Shown: one piece after another, positions 55,845-64,000 of the stretch
Layout of the letters: each line of letters opens with the position of its first letter
Numbering within the stretch: position 1 is the stretch's first letter
From: Auanema rhodensis
Lineage: Eukaryota; Animalia; Nematoda
Reading direction: 5' to 3'
Assembly (NCBI GenBank): GCA_964057225.1
Contig: OZ059894.1
Coordinates: 15,500,001-15,564,000 of the forward strand
Length of the DNA stretch: 64,000 nucleotides
Notes under the pieces: model-generated
Told to the model about the DNA's origin: nothing
Databases searched by the model: none
Seen by the model: only the letters and a program-made list of their open reading frames with translations
Position numbers and translations under genes: made by a program

Positions 55845-58800
55845 ATGAGTGAATCTGGGAAGGTATAAAAATTTTTATGTTTCCATCCAAAAAAAAATTG
55901 AAGAGTAGAACATTTATTTTGGACTTAAACACTAAATCTTTTCAAAATATTTTGTTGTAGCTTGAAATTGCATAGAACTCGTTGATAGATAATTTGAAAA
56001 TAGAATAAAGATTGTGAACCATATGTCGTAAAAGTTTCCTTCTGTTTTCATGAAAATGAAGCTTTTGCTCAATTCTTTTCAATTTTTCTGAAGTACATTA
56101 CTCGGAAACAAAGTCTTTTCATAATGGCACCGTAGTCCTCATAGACCACGCCCACTAAATTCACAGCAGGGCCAATCAACGGCCACAATCCGTAGCATTG
56201 GAAAATTCAATATTTGGCACTAGATAATAATGTTTTTGAACCATCATCAACAAAAAAAAAGAGGAAATTATAAGATTGTGTAGGTTTATTCATATATAAT
56301 ATTTGAAATAAATGGCCTTGAAAACTAACTAAATTTTCACAAGAAGATTTTTTCTCTAGGGAATTGTTAAAGGAATAGTTTGTTGTAATATGAATAAAAT
56401 GATATTATTCAATAATAATAAATAAATAAATCTTTAATAAATAATAAAAATTGATGAAATATATGATATAAGTCAGCAGAATATAGTCTGAATTTACTTA
56501 ACTTCTTCCAGAAAACACCAGAGAGAGTTGTGGTTGTGGACGACAATGATGAAAAGTCAGGAGAAGAAGAAGAAGGGTCGCCTGAATTGACTTCAGACAA
56601 TGGGAGATCATCTCCGGAAAGAACAGTTTCCGGAATTTTGCCACGCTTTTCTGTCAACCACATCTTGTCTCCGTTAGACAACTTGGGTATGTCGTCTAAT
56701 CTATTTTACAATTAAAGCTTTACATATGTATATAACTTGAATAAGAAGAGAAATATAGATGATAGGAGAAAGGGAAAATATTTTTTTTTGATAAAACTAA
56801 TAAAACGCATTGTTTAACCCTGCTAATGAAAAGGAAAATAAAAAATCCGTTGACAGTTTTTGGCGTTACTACCGTAGTCTCATCCGTATTTGATGTTTGC
56901 CGACCTGAATTCAACAGAAAGCGTATTAGAAAGCAAGAAGGAAGATTTATTTCATCTTCGTTTTCTTTATTCTTGACTACCTTCTCTCATATCTCCTACA
57001 TTTTCCCAAACCACTTTACTAAGGTTTCACCCTTCTCTTTATCTTTTCCTCTCTTTAGATCGCTGTATTTCTTACTATTTACTCTTCGATCTACTCACTA
57101 TTTCTTTTCTTGTTCTCCATATTTTTCTATCTCTTACTATAATACACCGTAAATGCAGTCTAGTCTGATATTTTTCTGTCAGTCAGTCTGCGTCACAATC
57201 TCGGTAAAAGTAGAGGAGCAAAGCAGACGAATAGCTGTAGCACTTGAGTGCTCAATCTTGTTGGAGAAGTGGCTCGGGAGGAGCTTTTCATGGGAACCTC
57301 AGCATTCAGAAGGGTCCTTTAGAATCTCGACGAGCTTTTCGTTTTGCTCCACAACGACCATGATGACTACGGCATGCACAGGATGAAGAAGTAGCTGAGC
57401 TATCGTCTTGGCCGCCGTTTTCTTCCTCAGCCTGGTCCTATCCTGCGCACTGCATGGAAACGAAAGAAAGGCGGCTCCCTGAGGTTGCTGCTCATCTACC
57501 TCTTCTCATCCACTTTCATCATCATCTCATCTATACTCCTCCTTGGCTTCTTCTTGTCTACGACTTGAAAAGAGAAGAGTCGGGCTCGGTCGCCTACGTA
57601 TGTGTATGTTGCTTCGACGACCTCATGGCTAGAAAGAAGAAGCACACTTCTGTAGTACTCTCGTCGTCAATTCAGTGGTCCTTTCCTACTTCTCTAGAAT
57701 CTGTCTCTGGCTTTTCTTCCGTCAAGTTGGCTGACTCTTGAGACATGATCCCAACTGCAAAAAGTACCTATTAGATAAGGTTTTGGTCTCACCTCCACCC
57801 TCAATTCACATTCTTATGCACACTTGAAATACATGAAATCATTTACTCTTCTGTAAATATTATCGTTCACACGAAGAATCTTACTGATTATATGTTAACA
57901 AGTGTATATGTTATGTCATATTTACATATCTTGAACCATAAGTCTATCCATATTTGAATGAAACATTCCGCCAGTGAAACTATAGAACAGTTCTTCCTTG
58001 CTTACATATTGCTAGAAGACTAATAGCCACCTAATCTTTTCAGCACGTGTACAACAGCAGCTCCTTAAGATGACATCGTCACCCTTAGGCGAACATTCAC
58101 TACCATTTGGATATCGTCCTCCACCTGGAACATTGCCTACTTCTTATTTTGGGACGACTCCCTTTCAGGGTTATCAGAGTGATTTTACTAGGTTTGTATC
58201 TTCAACTTTAAAGCTTTGAATTTGATATTTTAATCTTATAGTTATATGACTAATACATCAAATTGGTATAATAGTAGTGATCCACGATTTGCTGCTCGTA
58301 AGTCTTAAATTCATATTTCTTATATAAATCTATTCATTCAATTTCAAAATATTGTGAAATTTGAATTATTACTGGCGTATTGACGTTTTACGTCTTCACG
58401 TTTTTCACGTTCACTGATCCTGTATGAGTAAGAGCATGCATAAGCGGTTGTTCATATAATCTTTATATTTAGTATATATCTGATAGTAATAACGTTTACA
58501 TTCCAGTATTGCCTTGTGGTATTGATCCTTCACGAGCTGCTGTACATGGAATACAGCTTCCCATGTCACAAAGACGGAAACGTCGTGTTCTATTTAGTCA
58601 AGCTCAGGTATTACAGTTGATCCTTCTGTTTTTAGTCATGTGTAATTCATACACAACTAAATTTGCACATGCTTCATTGAGTTGCTTGTTATAGGTCTAT
58701 GAGCTTGAAAGACGCTTTAAGCAGACCAAGTACTTGACGGCTCCTGAAAGAGAGCAGCTGGCAAATGCTATTCATTTAACACCAACTCAAGTATAGTTCA

Positions 58801-59306
58801 TTTGACCTTAAATCCTAAATGATTTCTGGAAATTCAGGTCAAAATTTGGTTTCAAAATCATAGATATAAATGCAAACGACAAGAGAAGGAAAAAGCGATG
58901 TCAGGTGCGACTGGGGCATCTGGTTCAGCCCGGGAGGGTAGCACAACTCCCAATTCTCAGATAGGAGATGACGAGTATGTTTAACATTTTTTAATATTCA
59001 TCAAATAATTCAATTACTTGAATAGGCTATCAAGATCCGGGCTTAAATCAAAAGAAGATCTCCCAAACTGTTCAGAAACAGAATCTAGTCTTGCTGATGC
59101 AGTAGCTTCAACCAGCACTGATCAGAAACCAATGATGTTCACTTCGGTAAATCAAATTATAGTGCATAAATATATGTTGAGAAAACATTTAGGTTCCACC
59201 ATCTATGTATCCAACTCAAACACCTTTCACATTCCCGTTCGGTTCTCAGCAGTATTCAGCAGCACAAACAGCATATTACAACCAAATACGTGGTGTCGGA
59301 TGGTAA
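55845..59306 (+). CDS. ceh-24: NK2 (NKX2.1-class) homeobox protein
   Basis: TN motif [10 protein letters not shown]; homeodomain [59 protein letters not shown] with Tyr54. Confidence 0.92.
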
Positions 59307-59964
59307 TAAACTATAAATTTTAAACACTTAACGGAATACTTTCAATAATATTAAATCTCTTTGCATTCCATATTTGCCTTTTTGTTGTTTTTATAAATGG
59401 CACTTATTCCTCACGGAAATCTGCCATGGCTTCAGCTAAATGTATATGTAAACTCTGGAACAGCTTTACATTATTATGACTTAAAAGTATAAAACACTCT
59501 TGTGGGTTCATAGTTTCTCAAAGTCCAGACCTGAATATTTATGTAAATACCCTCCTATAACAAGAGTAATTATTCTAAAAGTTGTAACTTTAACTCTTTC
59601 GCAATCTCACCCATTCCTATGAACTATTAAACAAATTTCCCTGCCAACGATTCTTGTCTAGTCCCTGTTCCTAGTCCGTGACCGGGTCATACTTCTTCGT
59701 TTTCCGGCTATTTTTAAAGCAATAAAGATTTTTGATAATATTTTTATATTTATATATACATATATTTACAATTACGAAAATCCGAAAGCGATGTAAAATA
59801 TGAATATGCAAAGTACAAAGGAATGAGAATTATTACCTGTTTTCATTACAATACGAACTTTGAAAAACGTATGGCAGTTAGTCCTAATTATATTCAAAGG
59901 TTGGTAAAACATGTAATTACGCTTATTAAATAAATATTTACAAATCTATATAAAGTTTTAAAAC

Positions 59965-61725
59965 TTAAACTTTTTCACGACCAGCGTCTTGTTGATTTGG
60001 ATGACGACGTAATAGATGAACTTTCAAATTATATGGATGGGAGAATGCATGTGAGCAATGCATACATTTGTACTGTTTTTCACCTACAAAGATAATTATT
60101 TTAATAAAGTATTGTAAAATAATCAGCACCTGTATGAGTTTTCATGTGAGCTTTCAGGTTACTTTTTAGCGAAAACAATTTCGTACACCCTTCATGATTA
60201 CACTGAAAACATCTTCTCCTTTGTTTTTTTTCGAAAAATATTTGACAAACCGCGAATGGCTGGACACGAGTGTGTACAAGCATATGTCTTTTCAATTTGG
60301 TTCTCTCCACAAATTCTTTACCACATTTGGAACATGAAAATCTCTTGGGCTGATGAACTAGTCGATGTTTGCGGAGCGCTGTAGCTGAAGCTAGAATGGA
60401 AGAACATCCCTAGAAGTAATTTTTGAAAACCGAAGAATGTATTGAAAAAACCTCTTGCGGGCAAGGAAATTTCCCGGTGTCAGACATAGATGAGGGTAAA
60501 ACACGGCACTTTCCATTACTATAATAATTATTTACGTATTCTAAGGCTTTTAATCAACAAGAAAAACTAACGCAGTAGATTTTTCAATGTTTACGGGCAA
60601 AACAATTCGTACAAAATCTGTGGTACTATTTCTTTCCTGAAATATTATTTTTCAAATAAACAGCTATTAGTAGTAGCTACCTTATCATCATCGCATGGGT
60701 TTTGCATAGATGTAGAAGGCAAATCATTCTCGTATCTGAAAAAGCATGCAATTCATAAACTAGTACAGCGCTTATCAATAGCTCAAAATTGATGCAAAAA
60801 AAAAAGAATTTCGCGTTACCCAGAAGATAAATTTGTTGGAGAGACAAAATTAGAACATAGTTGATCTATTTCCGACTGGACAGATTTTATGAAGTTTTTT
60901 CTTTCATCCTGAATCATATTACACATTTTAATCATCTTAAAAAATAAATTTACTGGTAAGATTGCTGTATCACACATTTTATAGTAATTATTAGAGTTAG
61001 AAAGACATACATCTGAAATTAGTAATGATAAATAATTGATTAATTTGTATAAACAACCTTTATCGGACCAACTTGACAGAACTAATTTCATATCATTTTT
61101 ATTCTGACTTGATTCTCTACGAATAATCACATTTATCTGAAAAAAATGATAGCAATGATTGAAAATAGTTTTTCATTTTGAATTTGGTTAATCAAAAAAC
61201 TTTAACTTTCACGCCGCGAATAAGTACCTTTACTTTTTTACAGTATCTATCCACCAATTAATGTATTTCACTGTACAATCATAGTGTTCATATTCACTAT
61301 GTAAATCTCTTTTTTTGAGTTATAATTCGAGTATACGAGATCAATATTCATTGGTCAACTGTCTTATGTTTGGTTTTACATACCTGAAGATTAGCATTTC
61401 CGGAATTACTTTTTTGTACTCTTACAATAGAGTGCTTCAGCATAGGAATAGGTACGAGATCTTCATCTTTTTCATTTACGAGGACTTCGTTGCTTACAGC
61501 CTAGAGTAAAATCATGATATCATTTTGCAAAAGAATCACTGTACATTTTACTAAGTATTTCTATTTTCTCTTTTGGTCATCAACTTTATTTCATTTGGGT
61601 ACGAACAAAATAGAAACATATATATATTAAATTTTAAGAATTAAGAATCTTACCAAATCATGTACATCATACGCAGGTATCATTTCGGATTGATATGAAA
61701 AATCCGAAGAATTATGAGCTAACAT
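59965..61725 (-). CDS. YY1/Pleiohomeotic-like four-C2H2 zinc-finger protein, divergent
   Basis: CPQEGCSSILASATALRKHRLVHQPKRFSCSKCGKEFVERTKLKRHMLVHTRVQPFACNHEGCTKLFSLKSNLKAHMKTHTGEKQYKC...NLKVH aligns without gaps to YY1 fingers 1-3. N-terminal exon choice is less certain. Confidence 0.75.
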
Positions 61726-62449
61726 TCTAAATTATGTATACTTAGTATTTCATTTGCTTCAATGAGAAATGAAGCTCTTTCAAAAGGAGAAAGTTGTAAA
61801 AAAAAAGTATTATTTTTAATTTCTTATGCATTGGTATTTTAGCTGAGTATATCAATCACGATCTTTGAAATTAGATAATGAAAATAAGAAAAAATAGAAC
61901 ATCTGAAAGAACGCTTTACAACGTCCACAGAACGCGGAAGCGGATAACTCAGTAAAAGCAGTACGCAATGCATGTACGTATTGTGATTAAGCTGTTGTCT
62001 ATATGATATAATCATTGATACATGATTAGATAAAAGTTGATGTTCTTTATTTTAAGAATATAAAATAATTGTAAACATTTTGCGAATTCCTGGAATATTC
62101 AAAGAAATAGACTGATTCTTAATATTTTAGACCTTTAAACTTCCTTGAACTCGCACGCGATGTCGCACGCATAGGTCATATATACGTGATCTATGGGATT
62201 ATTCTCTGTATTTAACTCCTTTTCTGGTTCAATTTCTGTTTGTATACCTACATGCTACGATTCAAACTATTATTATTTAAACGATAATGATCAGCCAACT
62301 TTTCTTTCGAACATCGAACAACTTTTATTGTTATTGATTTCTCAAGTGCTTAATAGAGTACCTTTACTGCACGTGTTTAATTTTCCTAGACTTGTTCCAA
62401 CTTGCTCTGAACTTGAACAATTTTAATTGTAGAGTAGCATTTACCGTAA

Positions 62450-64000
62450 ATGGATGGTGAGAATGATGGATTTATAGGATTTGTTAGAGCAGTAAGTGAA
62501 GTTGAAGCAGTCTCTCCGGATGCCTCAAGTGATGAGAAGCCAGTATGCAATGTTTGCTTTTCTACGTAATGCTATTCTGTTTTTAGTCGTGTTCAAAGAG
62601 AAAATCATCAATGGAAATCGATAAAGTTGTTAATCAAGGTAAACGTTCTAAGGATAAAGCTCAAGATAGAGAACTAAATATGAATGGGTAAGTCTTTTTG
62701 TTACTTCGTACTGTTTAAGTAATAAGTTCATATCTTTCAGGCTGCTAATCGATTCCGATGAAGAATATATGGATGTTTGCGATGAAGACCATGCTGAAGT
62801 TGTTGCACCATGGGTGAAACAATTTCAGGTATATTCATGAAATATTTTGGACCTGTTTTTAATTTTAAGACTATGGGACGTGCATGTCAAAAGTCAGCCC
62901 TTAAAGCTTTAGTTGATACATTGGGTCTTCAACACGTTCGTCAACTTAGGCGAATAATAGAACCCCATTTTCAAAAAGATTTTCTCGCTGTTCTTCCTCG
63001 TGAGGTATGCTTCGAACTTGTTGGAATAATTTAAATATTTATCTAATATAGATAGCTCTATTGATATTGGCGAATCTTTCTCCTGAAGATATCTGTAGGG
63101 CGTCGCTTGTTTCATCAACATGGTATTCATTGTGTAGTGACGATTGGCTTTGGCGCATGAAATGCGAAGATTATGGACTTAGTAGAAGTGATGCCAGGAT
63201 TTTCCCAAGGTTTACTTGTTTCTTATTATATTATAGTAACACGTTTTCATCTAGTGTTCGATCCGAAGGTGCATGGGCAGCAACAGCTTATAGTAAGTTG
63301 ACTGTTGAAATGGACCATCTAACAGGCAATGCTTTGAAAGAATATAGAAAACAACGTGAAGTTCATTTCGGGCCGTGAGTTTGCATTTTAAAATTCATAG
63401 TAAGACTAATATAACTGCAGGGTTTTCGAAATATCTAAATATAAATCTCTTTTCCTTCGATATTGTCGGGTGAACTCAAACTGGAGGAAAAACCCTATTG
63501 GAGGAAGTTGTTTACTTCGTGGTCATGAAGAACATGTCATTACATGTCTACAAGTATATATAAACCTCTAAAGCAATATTATGTTATTTATGTTTTCAGA
63601 TTAATAATGATATTATAGTTACGGGTTCTGATGACAATTCTTTGAAAGTATGGAGTATCTCTAAAGGCAAAGTAAGAAATTATTTGTTATTTTTCATAGT
63701 ATCTGTATGCATTTAGTTATTATTCTCTCTAATTGGCCATACTGGAGGAGTATGGACTTCTCAATTATCAAAAGATGGTAAATTCATTATGAGTGGATCA
63801 ACAGATCGAACTGTCAAAGTTTGGAGCGGAACGGATGGATCTCTTATATATACCTTGAACGGGCATACGAGTACTGTGCGATGCATGAGTCTACATGGAA
63901 CAATGTTAGTATATGAAACAATTATTTTTTTCTATAGGACTACTGCTTAGACTGGTATCAGGTTCACGTGATGCTTCATTACGTGTTTGGTGTATTGTCA
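62450..64000 (+). CDS. sel-10: F-box/WD40 protein FBXW7, truncated by window end
   Basis: [18 protein letters not shown]-box; [13 protein letters not shown]...[12 protein letters not shown]; [10 protein letters not shown]; [11 protein letters not shown]; GHTSTVRCM; [13 protein letters not shown]. Confidence 0.93.

Overview
AT-rich eukaryotic DNA with many short (~40-50 nt) GT-AG introns and AG acceptors just before start codons, as expected for trans-splicing. It reads as a nematode, probably a rhabditid that is not Caenorhabditis, and the gene set matches what I recall of C. elegans chromosome V. Spliced models assembled by hand, left to right: a possible partial exon at the edge, csn-1, a 5-exon orphan, an srg-class chemoreceptor, ttll-9, a carnitine acyltransferase, a WAP-domain secreted protein with an antisense intronic tRNA-Thr(AGT), flp-6, a six-gene minus-strand operon-like array (BRMS1/Sds3-like, NAA35/natc-1, mrps-2, mrpl-4, Mps1/TTK, ints-12), the avr-15 GluCl, a 6-Cys/mucin membrane protein, ceh-24, a YY1/Pho-type zinc-finger gene and a truncated sel-10/FBXW7. 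The strongest signals are two genes that C. elegans is reported to lack, both intact at apparently syntenic positions: a miniaturised Mps1 checkpoint kinase inside the operon, and a divergent YY1 between ceh-24 and sel-10. There is also a candidate intronic H/ACA RNA, a variant FLP-6 peptide and a GC-AG intron. All homology and synteny statements are from memory; no searches were run.
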